A DNA stretch of 37,099 nucleotides from the NCBI GenBank assembly GCA_964401015.1, contig CAYNXA010000001.1, positions 1-37,099 on the forward strand, read 5' to 3'. The notes below the pieces were generated by a model. The model did no database searches, was not told the origin of the DNA, and saw nothing but the letters and a program-made list of their open reading frames with translations. This DNA is from an uncultured Oscillospiraceae bacterium (GTDB taxonomy: Bacteria; Bacillota; Clostridia; Oscillospirales; CAG-382). A program made the position numbers and the translations under genes. Of the stretch, positions 9,149 through 18,336 are shown in pieces; the stretch's first letter is position 1, and every line of letters starts with the position of its first letter.

Positions 9149-10110
9149 ATTGGCACAAGACGAATCTTGCCTTGATCGTAATTTTGCTGATCATCGATGT
9201 GATGGTCGGAACGGCATTGCTTTTCGAACGCAAAAGTGCGCTGTATCTTCCCGACGATATGCTTTCCGAAGCACGGGAAAATCTTCTCGTCAAAGGAATC
9301 GATACGAACGATTCCGTCGACACGCGTGTTTTGTCCTCTTCGGTCTATTTGTATGAAACCGAAAATGCGTATGCCGAAATCATGCGAGATACCGCCGCCG
9401 AAACGCATACGTCGCTGCTCGCCACTTTGGCGGTGCTTACCGAGAAAAGCGACACGTATATCGCCGAAAACATCAATTATTTCGATTTGCCGAACGGGCT
9501 TTCGCTTTCGTTGGGCAGTGACGGCGAAACGCTTGCCGCCGCGACCGTTTCGGGAAAATGTCGTTTTGAATTCTTCGATTCGGACTTTTCCGAGAATCCT
9601 TTTTCGTCGCTTTCGATCGAGGCGTTCGACGGAACGGCAAAAACGCGTTATGTAAAAAAAGAAATCGATGAATTTTTTACACGTGTGTACGGGGAATCGG
9701 TCGGATTCCGTTTACTCGGCGAAAGCGAAAAGGATGATTTGCTTCTCGCCGCTTGTAGATTGACGGTTGAAAAGTGCGATCTTGCCGACACGGTTTTGTA
9801 TTTTGCGTTTCGCGACAAAAAAATCGTCGGGGTCTGCGGCGATCTGCTCTTTTCCCCGCCGAAAGCGGCTTACAATGCCGAAATCCTCGACGGGATCAGC
9901 ATTTTGTACCATTTGGATTCGGAAGCATCGGCGGAAGAACCGATTACCATATTGTCCGAAACACCGGTCTATACCTTTTTGCCGTACGACAGCTTGAAGT
10001 ATTATTTGATCCCGACATGGGAAATACGGTATGAAAAAGCCGACGGAACCGTTGAAACAAAACGGCTCAACGCGTTGACCGGAAAAGAGGCAAGGGAAAA
10101 CGACGCATAA
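9145..10110 (+). CDS. Single-pass membrane protein, function unknown (tentatively YycI-like)
   Basis: The ATG at 9145 overlaps the upstream TGA as ATGA (9145-9148), indicating translational coupling. The N-terminus MNWHKTNLALIVILLIIDVMVGTALLF (signal anchor) resembles the MDW.KTK...I..FL N-termini I recall for YycI proteins. 321 aa. Confidence 0.7.
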   Translation: MNWHKTNLALIVILLIIDVMVGTALLFERKSALYLPDDMLSEARENLLVKGIDTNDSVDTRVLSSSVYLYETENAYAEIMRDTAAETHTSLLATLAVLTEKSDTYIAENINYFDLPNGLSLSLGSDGETLAAATVSGKCRFEFFDSDFSENPFSSLSIEAFDGTAKTRYVKKEIDEFFTRVYGESVGFRLLGESEKDDLLLAACRLTVEKCDLADTVLYFAFRDKKIVGVCGDLLFSPPKAAYNAEILDGISILYHLDSEASAEEPITILSETPVYTFLPYDSLKYYLIPTWEIRYEKADGTVETKRLNALTGKEARENDA

Positions 10111-10150
10111 GTAAAGTTCCGTATAAATTGTTAAAAAATTCTAAAATATC

Positions 10151-10179
10151 TTCCATTTTTCAAAAAAATGTGTTATACT
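10151..10179 (+). promoter_or_regulatory. Putative SigA-type promoter of murA
   Basis: TTCCAT (10151-10156), 17-nt spacer, TATACT (10174-10179), with a TGt extended -10. It is followed by a leader of about 120 nt containing two short hairpins (10196-10214, 10229-10249). Confidence 0.4.
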
Positions 10180-10300
10180 GTATATGTATAACCTTGTGTG
10201 CGTGTTTTGCACACCTTGTTCTCAATCCGAAACGTCCTTTTTACGTTTCTATTCCAATCCGCCCATCGTGCGGAATATGAGCCAGTCAGGAGAAGATCGA

Positions 10301-11602
10301 ATGAAAAAGGAAAAGTTGGTTATTAACGGCGGCAAGCCGTTACGCGGAGAAATTGAAGTCAGCGGTATGAAAAATGCCGCGGTTGCCATCATCTTCGGTA
10401 CCATTCTTACCGAGGATAAATGTATAATCGAAAATCTTCCGGATATAAGCGACGTAGCCCATTCGCTTGCGATCTTGAGCAGTATCGGAGCGAAAGTGAA
10501 ACGCTTGAATAAAACCACCTACGAAATCGACACGCGCAGGATCCGTGCCGGCAGTTCGCCGTACGAATTGGTTCGCAAAATGCGTGCATCGTATTACATT
10601 CTCGGCGCGGAACTGGGACGTTTCCGCAAGGCACATGCCGCCTATCCCGGCGGTTGCGATTTCGGCGTTCGTCCCATCGACCAGCATATGAAAGGCTTCG
10701 AAGCGCTCGGTGCCAAGATCGACGTGGAAAGCGCTTATATTGACGTGGACGCGACCGAAAACGGACTGAAAGGCTCCAACATTTACATGGACTGTGTTTC
10801 GGTCGGCGCCACCATCAACATAATGCTTGCCGCCTGTCGTGCCGAGGGGGTAACCGTGATTGATAATGCCGCACGCGAACCGCATGTGGTGGATCTTGCC
10901 AACTTTTTGAACGCTTCGGGCGCATCGATTACCGGTGCGGGCACCGATGTGATCAAGATCAAAGGCGTTGAGCGTTTGCACGGTGTCAATTATGCCATTA
11001 TCCCCGATATGATCGAAGCGGGCACCTTTATGGTTGCCGCCGCTGCCACGAGCGGAGATTGTCTTATTACCAATGTGATTCCCAAGCACGTCGAATCGAT
11101 TTCGGCAAAGCTTATCGAAATGGGCGTGACGGTCGAGGAGTTCGACGATTCGATTCGTATCGCACGAAGCGGTGAGCTGAGCAAAATTTCGGTCAAGACT
11201 TTGCCGTATCCCGGCTTCCCGACCGATATGAACCCGCAAATGTGCGTTTTGATGTGTCTTGCCAATGGTGTCAGCATGATGTCCGAGGGCGTTTGGGACA
11301 ACCGTTTTCGTTATGTCGAAGAACTTCGCCTTATGGGGGCGGATATCAAAGTCGACGGAAAGCTTGCCGTTATCGAGGGCAATACCGAATTTTCGGCGGC
11401 ACCCGTAAAGGCGGTCGATTTGCGCGCGGGAGCGGCGATGATCATTGCGGGACTTGTTGCGAACGGAAAAACCGAAATTGAAAATATTCACCATATTCAG
11501 CGCGGATATGAAAATATTGTCGAAAAGCTGCGTAAGGTCGGTGCCGACATTCGTCTGGTGACTTTTGTCGACGACAGCGACACGGTGCCTGTGGCGAACT
11601 GA
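10301..11602 (+). CDS. murA: UDP-N-acetylglucosamine 1-carboxyvinyltransferase
   Basis: ATG at 10301 follows CAGGAGAAG. MKKEKLVINGGKPLRGEIEVSGMKNAAV is a typical MurA N-terminus, and the active-site Cys context PGGCDFGVRPIDQH is present. About 433 aa. The tracked ORF extension to 10184 has no RBS. Confidence 0.97.
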   Translation: MKKEKLVINGGKPLRGEIEVSGMKNAAVAIIFGTILTEDKCIIENLPDISDVAHSLAILSSIGAKVKRLNKTTYEIDTRRIRAGSSPYELVRKMRASYYILGAELGRFRKAHAAYPGGCDFGVRPIDQHMKGFEALGAKIDVESAYIDVDATENGLKGSNIYMDCVSVGATINIMLAACRAEGVTVIDNAAREPHVVDLANFLNASGASITGAGTDVIKIKGVERLHGVNYAIIPDMIEAGTFMVAAAATSGDCLITNVIPKHVESISAKLIEMGVTVEEFDDSIRIARSGELSKISVKTLPYPGFPTDMNPQMCVLMCLANGVSMMSEGVWDNRFRYVEELRLMGADIKVDGKLAVIEGNTEFSAAPVKAVDLRAGAAMIIAGLVANGKTEIENIHHIQRGYENIVEKLRKVGADIRLVTFVDDSDTVPVAN

Positions 11603-11635
11603 CCGAGAGAGACGCTGTATTTTTGAATGAAAAGG

Positions 11636-11708
11636 AAACCCCCACAGAGTCAAAATCGAACAACTTTTTTAGCGTGCTTGTTCGGAACTCTGCGGGGTTT
11701 GTTTTTTT
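11636..11708. terminator. Composite hairpin / terminator between convergent murA and tspO
   Basis: Outer stem AAACCCC..CAGAGT (11636-11650) / ACTCTG.GGGGTTT (11687-11700) encloses an inner hairpin CGAACAA/TTGTTCG and is followed by GTTTTTTT (11701-11708). Confidence 0.5.
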
Positions 11709-11716
11709 CGAAAAAA

Positions 11717-12205
11717 TTATCGGTTCAGCAAGAAAAAGGCAAAATTCAAATAACCGGCGAAAAGCGTCCAAAGGACGGTCGGGACTAGGGACAGACCCGC
11801 CAAGGGCGAAGCATGATAAAACGGGAAAAAGCAGACGGCAAGTAAAATCAATTGGGTAACCAACAAAAAAAATGCCGCCAAAAAGGCACCGTGTACAAAA
11901 AATACGGTCGGCCATAGAAAGTTTAAGACCATATAGACGGCGAAGAAAGTCAAGGTGTTTTTGGCGTCCTCACCGTTTTTTGCCACCAAATAGCCCCCGA
12001 AGCCCATAAGCAAATACAGAATCGTCCAAACGACGGGAAAAAGCCAAGAGGGCGGCGCGAGCGGTGGCATGTGCAAACGATTATAACTCGAAAAGCCGTC
12101 GCGTGCGACCCAACCGCCGAGCATGCCGACAGCAAGAACCGCCACCTCCGAAAGAATCAGTTTGGGGCAGGAAATCGACGAAGCGCCTTTGATATTGGTA
12201 TTCAT
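11717..12205 (-). CDS. tspO: TspO/MBR family tryptophan-rich sensory protein
   Basis: ATG at 12205 is preceded by GGAGGC. Multi-TM protein of about 162 aa with PPLAPPSWLFPVVWTILYLLMG and NFLWP motifs typical of TspO. The tracked ORF start at 12280 lacks an RBS. Confidence 0.85.
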   Translation of the reverse strand: MNTNIKGASSISCPKLILSEVAVLAVGMLGGWVARDGFSSYNRLHMPPLAPPSWLFPVVWTILYLLMGFGGYLVAKNGEDAKNTLTFFAVYMVLNFLWPTVFFVHGAFLAAFFLLVTQLILLAVCFFPFYHASPLAGLSLVPTVLWTLFAGYLNFAFFLLNR

Positions 12206-12276
12206 AGAAGCCTCCACTTCCGGATTTGAGTTTTGCTTATAGAATATGACGATAGGGCGAAAAATATGCGTCGGGT

Positions 12277-13080
12277 TCAACTGTGATTGACGTGTGTATT
12301 GTAATAGACCGAAGCATATTGCGACGGCGTTACGCCCTCATGATATTTGAAAAACTTTGAAAAGGTGTTTTCGTTTTCAAAACCCAAAAAAGCGGCGACC
12401 TCCGAAAGACTCATTTCCGAGCGTAGTAGTAGGGATTCGGCGTGCTTTACGGTTTGCGCGATAATGAACGATTGCAAAGTCTGTCCATGACGCTTTTTGA
12501 ACAGGCGGCAGAGATAATCGGGGTTATAGCCGAAATGGTCGGCAATGTCGGTTACACTCGGGCGAAGGGCGAGGTTTGCCGCGATATATTCCGCTATGCG
12601 GTGGAGCAAACCGTTCGAGCTGATATTCCTATCGGAAAGATAGGATAACTCGTTCAAAATCAGCCGCGTCAAATATTCGCTCGACGATACGGGATAAAAC
12701 GGTGTGTTTACGTTGTGCAAAAGCATGCGAAAAAGCGAAAGCAGTGCTGTCGTTCTGCCCTCATCAAAACGAAAACAGTTTTCGGTCGGTCGGATCGTCC
12801 CACGAAAATGCAGCCAAAAAAACGACACATCGCGCGACGGTGCAAGCCCGCCGTGCTCCCGTTCGGGCGAGAGCAGCAAAACGTCGTTCTTTTCCAAATG
12901 ATACTCCCGTTCTTCCTGTCGAATGTGTACCTTTCCCGCCGTCACGAAAATGATCTCAAACGAATGTAACACTCGTGTCGGGTGGATCCATTCCCCGCGC
13001 GATACAAATTGCCCGCAGGTTTCGAACGTGATAGCCGATTCATCTATGGTTTCTTTCAAAAACATGTCGGAATTTCTCAC
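12277..13080 (-). CDS. AraC family transcriptional regulator (cupin sensor + HTH)
   Basis: C-terminal AraC HTH (VTDIADHFGYNPDYLCRLFKKRHGQTLQSFI...LSEVAAFLGFENENTFSKFFKYHEGVTPSQY). It is divergent from the GH127 gene. The start is ambiguous: GTG at 13080 or ATG at 13065. Confidence 0.85.
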   Translation of the reverse strand: MRNSDMFLKETIDESAITFETCGQFVSRGEWIHPTRVLHSFEIIFVTAGKVHIRQEEREYHLEKNDVLLLSPEREHGGLAPSRDVSFFWLHFRGTIRPTENCFRFDEGRTTALLSLFRMLLHNVNTPFYPVSSSEYLTRLILNELSYLSDRNISSNGLLHRIAEYIAANLALRPSVTDIADHFGYNPDYLCRLFKKRHGQTLQSFIIAQTVKHAESLLLRSEMSLSEVAAFLGFENENTFSKFFKYHEGVTPSQYASVYYNTHVNHS

Positions 13081-13100
13081 TTTTCTGCTTATATTTTCCC

Positions 13101-13128
13101 TTGAAAGCTATGGATTTTAGTCTATAAT
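13101..13128 (+). promoter_or_regulatory. Putative promoter of the GH127 gene
   Basis: TTGAAA (13101-13106), 16-nt spacer, TATAAT (13123-13128), in the AraC/GH127 divergent intergenic region. Confidence 0.45.
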
Positions 13129-13206
13129 GTAAGTATATCGTATTTTCGCCCGCTTGTCAACGGGTAAGATCGCATCTGTCAAAAAATGCTTTAAGAGAGG
13201 AAAATC

Positions 13207-15033
13207 ATGATGAAACTGACTCCTATTTCGCTGAAACATGTTACCGTCAACGACGGATTTTGGAAGAATCGACAGGATATCAACAAAACTGTGACCGAAG
13301 AAGCAGTCTACAAGCGCTTCGACGACACCGGACGCATCCGCGCCTTTTGGTTCGATTACGAGCCCGAACACAGTGAATGGATCAAGCCGTGGGATTCGGA
13401 CGTTGCCAAATGGATCGAGGGCGCCGCTTACATTTTGATGTACGAAGACCGCCCCGAGCTGGTCGAGCGAATCGATGCCTTGGTCGACGCAATCGAACGT
13501 GGCATGACCTATGACGGCTATTACAATTTGTATTATGTTCCCTTTTGTCTGAACAAGCGCTTCACCGATCGCGACGCGCATGAGCTGTATTGTGCCGGTC
13601 ACCACATGGAAGCGGCATGTGCCTATTACAACGCGACCGGCAAGAACAAATACCTTCGTCTCATGGAGCGTTACGGCAATTATATATACAAGGTTTTCAT
13701 CGAAGATCACAGCGCCGCTTTCGATACCCCCGGTCACCCCGAAATCGAATTGGCTCTTATCACGATGTATCGCACGACGAAAAACAAAAAATGGCTGGAG
13801 CTTTGCCGCCATTTCATCGATGTGCGCGGACGCAGCACCAAAGACAAGCCGGTTTTCGACGACCCGCTCTATTCGTTCGACAATCGCCCGATTCGTGAGC
13901 AATCGACTGCCGAGGGACACAGCGTGCGTTTGAATTACCTTATGTCGGGCGCATGCGATCTTGCTTATGAAACCGATGACAAAGAGCTTTTCGGCGCTTG
14001 CGAACGCGTATTTGACAATATTATCGAAAAGCGTATGTACGTCACCGGCGGACAAGGCTCGACCTATGCGGGTGAACGCTACACGACCGATTATCATTTG
14101 CCCAACAAGTCGGCTTATGCCGAAACTTGTGCCGCCATTTCGCTCGGCATGTATGCGCGCCGTATGGAACTGTACAGCCCCAAAGGCATGTATGGCGATA
14201 TTGTGGAGCGAGCTTTCTACAACGGTGCCCTTTCGGGCGTTTCGACCGACGGCAATTCGTTCTTCTACGAAAATCCGCTGGAAATTCGCGATGAAGATTA
14301 TCGCATCGACTATCCGTTTTTCAATCCGCATCGCGCGCCGCGCGTTCGTCAAAAGCTGTTCGGCTGTTCGTGTTGCCCGCCCAACATTCTGCGCCTTATC
14401 GCTTCGATCGGCGGCTATATTTACTCGTACGCCGATAACGAGGATATTTTGTTTGTAAATCAGTTTATCGCGTCGACTCTGGACGACGGTAAAAAACACG
14501 CGGAACTGAAATGCGATTTTCCGACTGACGGCAAAATTTCAATTCGCGCAAAGGGCGTCAAAACAGTAGCGGTACGTATTCCCTATTACGCAGTAGGATT
14601 TACTGCCAACCTTACGTATGACGCAAAAGACGGCTATGCGTATTTTGACGTTTCGTCGCTCGGAGAAGCCGAAATTACGGTCGATCTGCACCTTTCGCCA
14701 CGTTTCGTTTATGCCAACACAGCCGTTTACGATACGATCGGTCGCGCCGCCGTTATGTATGGTCCGCTCGTTTACTGTGCCGAAACGATCGACAACGATT
14801 CGGTTATGAATTTTGTTGCCGACCCGCAAAAGCCGATCACTGTTGAAAGCGGAGCGTATGGTGTGCCGAATCTTTCGGCGGACGGCTATCGATTGGTGAT
14901 GACCGACACGCTCTATTCCGACAAGTCACCCGAAAAAGTAAACGGTTCGCTTCACTTGATTCCGTATTTTGCTTTTGCCGATCGTGGGGAAGCCGAAATG
15001 CAAACGTATTTCCCTATAAAAACGTCGCTTTGA
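13207..15033 (+). CDS. Glycoside hydrolase family 127 (DUF1680) beta-L-arabinofuranosidase-like
   Basis: 608 aa. The N-terminus (ISLKHVTVNDGFWKNRQD) is typical of DUF1680 proteins. The AETCA and GCSCCPPN motifs correspond to the Glu/Cys3 zinc site and Cys nucleophile described for Bifidobacterium HypBA1. RBS AGAGAGGAAAA. Confidence 0.9.
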   Translation: MMKLTPISLKHVTVNDGFWKNRQDINKTVTEEAVYKRFDDTGRIRAFWFDYEPEHSEWIKPWDSDVAKWIEGAAYILMYEDRPELVERIDALVDAIERGMTYDGYYNLYYVPFCLNKRFTDRDAHELYCAGHHMEAACAYYNATGKNKYLRLMERYGNYIYKVFIEDHSAAFDTPGHPEIELALITMYRTTKNKKWLELCRHFIDVRGRSTKDKPVFDDPLYSFDNRPIREQSTAEGHSVRLNYLMSGACDLAYETDDKELFGACERVFDNIIEKRMYVTGGQGSTYAGERYTTDYHLPNKSAYAETCAAISLGMYARRMELYSPKGMYGDIVERAFYNGALSGVSTDGNSFFYENPLEIRDEDYRIDYPFFNPHRAPRVRQKLFGCSCCPPNILRLIASIGGYIYSYADNEDILFVNQFIASTLDDGKKHAELKCDFPTDGKISIRAKGVKTVAVRIPYYAVGFTANLTYDAKDGYAYFDVSSLGEAEITVDLHLSPRFVYANTAVYDTIGRAAVMYGPLVYCAETIDNDSVMNFVADPQKPITVESGAYGVPNLSADGYRLVMTDTLYSDKSPEKVNGSLHLIPYFAFADRGEAEMQTYFPIKTSL

Positions 15034-15138
15034 GGAACGCTTTTCGATTGACCTTTTCTACTGCGTGGTTGACGTTTTCTGCTGATTTTTCGTGAAATTG
15101 CGAAAAGCTCTTGAAAAGAAACAATTTTTGTGTATAAT

Positions 15139-15176
15139 GGTGGTAGGCGAGTTTTTACGCCTGCCACCGTTTTTTT
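15139..15176 (+). terminator. Intrinsic terminator after the GH127 gene
   Basis: Stem GGTGGTAGGCG (15139-15149) / CGCCTGCCACC (15158-15168), 11 bp with one G-U pair, followed by GTTTTTTT. The stem begins immediately after a TTGAAA-16-TATAAT promoter-like element (15111-15138). Confidence 0.7.
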
Positions 15177-15247
15177 GTTAGGAAAATTTTGTGCGTCGAC
15201 AGAAAATTTTTTCGCGCGGCGCACCCTATGTGAGAAAGGACATTCAT

Positions 15248-17161
15248 ATGAAACTCAGACCGCCCGCCATACCCCTTATTACCGTTGACCCGTATTTTTC
15301 GGTTTGGTCTTTTTCGGACAAACTCTACGACAGCGACACGGTTCATTGGACCGGAAAGCCGAACGCGCTGCGCGGAACTGTTACGATCGACGGCGAGCCC
15401 TTTCGTTTTATGGGATGCGGAGAACAACCGATCCTCGAACAAACCGATTTTGATTATAATGCGCTTTCGACTTACTATACGTTTGAAAACGAAAAGATTC
15501 GCTTGAAGCTGTGTTTCACAACGCCGCTCTTGCCTGACAATTTTGAATTGTTGAGCCGACCGGTTTCCTATCTCAAACTGTCGGCACATACACGTGACGG
15601 AAGAAAACATACCGTTTTGGTAGATATTACTGCGTCCGAACAGCTTTGCTTGAATGAAGCGGGACAATCGGACACGGTATGCACACAAGTCGACATTCCC
15701 GACATGGCATGTATTTGTATGGCAAACGCCGAGCAGAATGTTTTGAATTGCTCGGGGGACGATCGGCGCATCGATTGGGGCTGTTTTTATCTTGCCGCAT
15801 GCGGCGAAAACGCCGAAACTTTTTCGCTTCACGACGATATGAGCCGCATCGGCGTTCGCTTCGACCTTTCGCATGAGGACGCGCTGGTACTGTTTGCCTA
15901 TGACGACGTTCGCAGTATCGACTATTTCGGAAAACAGCTTCCGTCGTATTGGAACGCCGACGGCAAGGGAATCGAAGAAGCCATGTCCGAAGCGCTTTAC
16001 GGCTACGAAGAAACCTATCTCGACTGCGAACAATTTTCCGAGGGATTATTCTTGGACGGCGTTCGTGCCGGCGGAAAAAAATATGCCGAAATGCTCGAAC
16101 TTGCCTACCGTCAAGCGTTTGCCGCTCACAAGATCGCCGTAACCGACGAGGGCGAGATTCTCTTTATTTCGAAAGAATGTTTCTCGAACGCCTGTGCCGC
16201 CACCGTCGACGTCAGCTATCCGTCGATTCCGCTTTTCCTTTTGTATAACCCCGAATTGGTGCGCGGTATGATGCGCCCGATCTACAAATTTGCCGCAAGT
16301 GACGCATGGAAATTCGATTTTGCGCCGCATGACGCGGGGCAATATCCGCTTGTTACCGGTCAGGTTTACGGTTATGACCGTGAACAAAACGAGCAGATCT
16401 TCGAATTGCAAATGCCGGTCGAAGAATGTGGGAACATGCTGATCATGGAAGCGGCATGTGCTCTTGCCGACGGCAATCCCTCTTTTGCGAGCGAGCATAT
16501 GGAAACGCTTGAAAACTGGACGTCGTATTTGCTTCGCTACGGCTACGACCCCGAAAATCAGCTTTGCACCGACGATTTTGCGGGACATCTGGCGCACAAT
16601 TGCAATTTGACCCTTAAAGCGGTTATGGGGGTTGCGTCGTTTGCGATTCTCAATAAAATGCTCGGCAAAAAGCAAAAATACAACGAATATATGTCCGAAG
16701 CTCGCAAGATGGCGGCAAGCTGGTGCAAGCGTGCGGCAAACGGCGACGGCAGTTATCGACTGGCTTTCGACAAACCCGACTCATTCAGTATGAAATACAA
16801 TGCCGTTTGGGACAAGTTGTTCGGAACCGAACTTTTCACGTCCGAAGTTTTTGCCAGTGAACTTTCGTCGAACTTCAAACACATCAATCCCTATGGCATG
16901 CCGCTGGACAGCCGCTCGGATTACACGAAAGCCGACTGGCTTGTATGGACGGCAACCATGTTGCGCGACGACGAGGACTTCGAAAGATTTGTCGAACCGC
17001 TTTGGAAAGCCTATCATCACAGCGAGTCGCGCGTTCCGATGACTGACTGGTATTTCACCACGACGGCGAAGCAATGCAGTTTCCAAAACCGTACGGTGAT
17101 CGGCGGATTGTTTATCAAGGTGCTTGACCATTTGGGAACTTTGAATACAAAAGAGCTTTGA
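15248..17161 (+). CDS. DUF5127/DUF4965/DUF1793 'glutaminase A-like' putative glycoside hydrolase
   Basis: ATG at 15248 follows GAGAAAGGA. MKLRPPAIPLITVDPYFSVWS is the typical DUF5127 N-terminus. The central region contains VDVSYPSIPLFLLYNPELVRGMMRPI, FAPHDAGQYP and PVEECGNMLIM. The C-terminal ADWLVWTA region is DUF1793-like. No signal peptide. Confidence 0.8.
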   Translation: MKLRPPAIPLITVDPYFSVWSFSDKLYDSDTVHWTGKPNALRGTVTIDGEPFRFMGCGEQPILEQTDFDYNALSTYYTFENEKIRLKLCFTTPLLPDNFELLSRPVSYLKLSAHTRDGRKHTVLVDITASEQLCLNEAGQSDTVCTQVDIPDMACICMANAEQNVLNCSGDDRRIDWGCFYLAACGENAETFSLHDDMSRIGVRFDLSHEDALVLFAYDDVRSIDYFGKQLPSYWNADGKGIEEAMSEALYGYEETYLDCEQFSEGLFLDGVRAGGKKYAEMLELAYRQAFAAHKIAVTDEGEILFISKECFSNACAATVDVSYPSIPLFLLYNPELVRGMMRPIYKFAASDAWKFDFAPHDAGQYPLVTGQVYGYDREQNEQIFELQMPVEECGNMLIMEAACALADGNPSFASEHMETLENWTSYLLRYGYDPENQLCTDDFAGHLAHNCNLTLKAVMGVASFAILNKMLGKKQKYNEYMSEARKMAASWCKRAANGDGSYRLAFDKPDSFSMKYNAVWDKLFGTELFTSEVFASELSSNFKHINPYGMPLDSRSDYTKADWLVWTATMLRDDEDFERFVEPLWKAYHHSESRVPMTDWYFTTTAKQCSFQNRTVIGGLFIKVLDHLGTLNTKEL

Positions 17162-17201
17162 AAGAACGCGGGACAAAGATAGCCCCGAAAAGGAGACAAA
17201 C

Positions 17202-18236
17202 ATGAAAAAAGAACGCTTCGGCACCATGCCCGACGGTACCGTTATTTACGCTTATACGCTCGAAAGTCAAAATGTGCGGGCAACCGTATTGAATCTCGGC
17301 GGCATTATCCACGAGCTTGTCGTGGACGGCAAAGATGTCATTTGCGCTTACGGCAATGTTGACGATATTCTGCGCGGCAGCGGTTATCACGGCGCACTCA
17401 TCGGGCGGTATGCCAACCGCATTTGCGACGGAAAATTCACCTTGAACGGAAAAGAATACCGTCTTGCCAAAAATGAAAAAGGCGTCACACATTTACATGG
17501 GGGAGACGTCGGTTTTAATCAGCGCGTTTTCGGCGTTACCGAGATCGTAAAGCCCGATTGTGAAGAGCTTGTTTTGTCCCTGTTCAGCCCCGACGGCGAG
17601 GAGGGGTATCCCGGCAATTTGGACGTTTCGGTCACCTATCGCGTAAAAGACGGCGATTTTTCGATTCATTATACCGCCGAAAGCGATGCCGATACGGTCC
17701 TCAATATGACCAACCATGCCTATTTTAACCTCAACGGTTACGACAGCGGCACGGTGCTTACGCATACGCTCCGATTGGATGCCGACGAGATGAGTGCCGT
17801 AAACGACAAATTGATTCCGATCGAAAACCGTCCCGTCAGTGGTACGCCGTTTGATTTTAACCTTGCAAAGCCGGTCGGACGCGATATTGATGTCGACGAC
17901 GAACAGCTTGCCCTCGGAAGCGGCTACGACCATAATTATGTGATTCGCAAGGACGTTCCGTTTTCGTTTGACGGCAGAACGCTGTATCGTTGTGCGACCC
18001 TTTGCGGCGACACGCTCGTCATGAATGTGTATACCGATTGCCCGTGCGTTCAGCTCTATACCGGCAATTGCATGAACGATATCGTACCCTTTAAGGGCGG
18101 CGTGAAGCAAGTACCGCGCAACGCTTTGTGCTTGGAAACGCAATATGCACCCGACAGCCCAAACCGCGGTGAAGCCGTTTTGAAAAAATTCGAAAAGAAC
18201 GATAAAACCACCGTATTTTCGTTTTCGAAGAAATAA
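17202..18236 (+). CDS. galM: Aldose 1-epimerase (galactose mutarotase family)
   Basis: 344 aa with GRYANRICDGKFTLNGKEYRLAKNEKGVTHLHGG, NMTNHAYFNL and LCLETQ motifs. RBS AAAGGAG. Confidence 0.92.
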   Translation: MKKERFGTMPDGTVIYAYTLESQNVRATVLNLGGIIHELVVDGKDVICAYGNVDDILRGSGYHGALIGRYANRICDGKFTLNGKEYRLAKNEKGVTHLHGGDVGFNQRVFGVTEIVKPDCEELVLSLFSPDGEEGYPGNLDVSVTYRVKDGDFSIHYTAESDADTVLNMTNHAYFNLNGYDSGTVLTHTLRLDADEMSAVNDKLIPIENRPVSGTPFDFNLAKPVGRDIDVDDEQLALGSGYDHNYVIRKDVPFSFDGRTLYRCATLCGDTLVMNVYTDCPCVQLYTGNCMNDIVPFKGGVKQVPRNALCLETQYAPDSPNRGEAVLKKFEKNDKTTVFSFSKK

Positions 18237-18296
18237 GAGAAACGCCGTCATAAAGGCGCGTCTGTTTTCTCGGAAACAGCGGCGACAATAAATCGA

Positions 18297-18336
18297 AGCA
18301 GTCCCGTTTCGCAATGGAAACAGGACTGCTTTTTGC
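18297..18336. terminator. Bidirectional terminator between convergent galM and the GH10-like gene
   Basis: Stem AGCAGTCCCGTTTC (18297-18310) / GAAACAGGACTGCT (18317-18330), 14 bp with one mismatch, 6-nt loop, followed by TTTTT. Confidence 0.75.
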
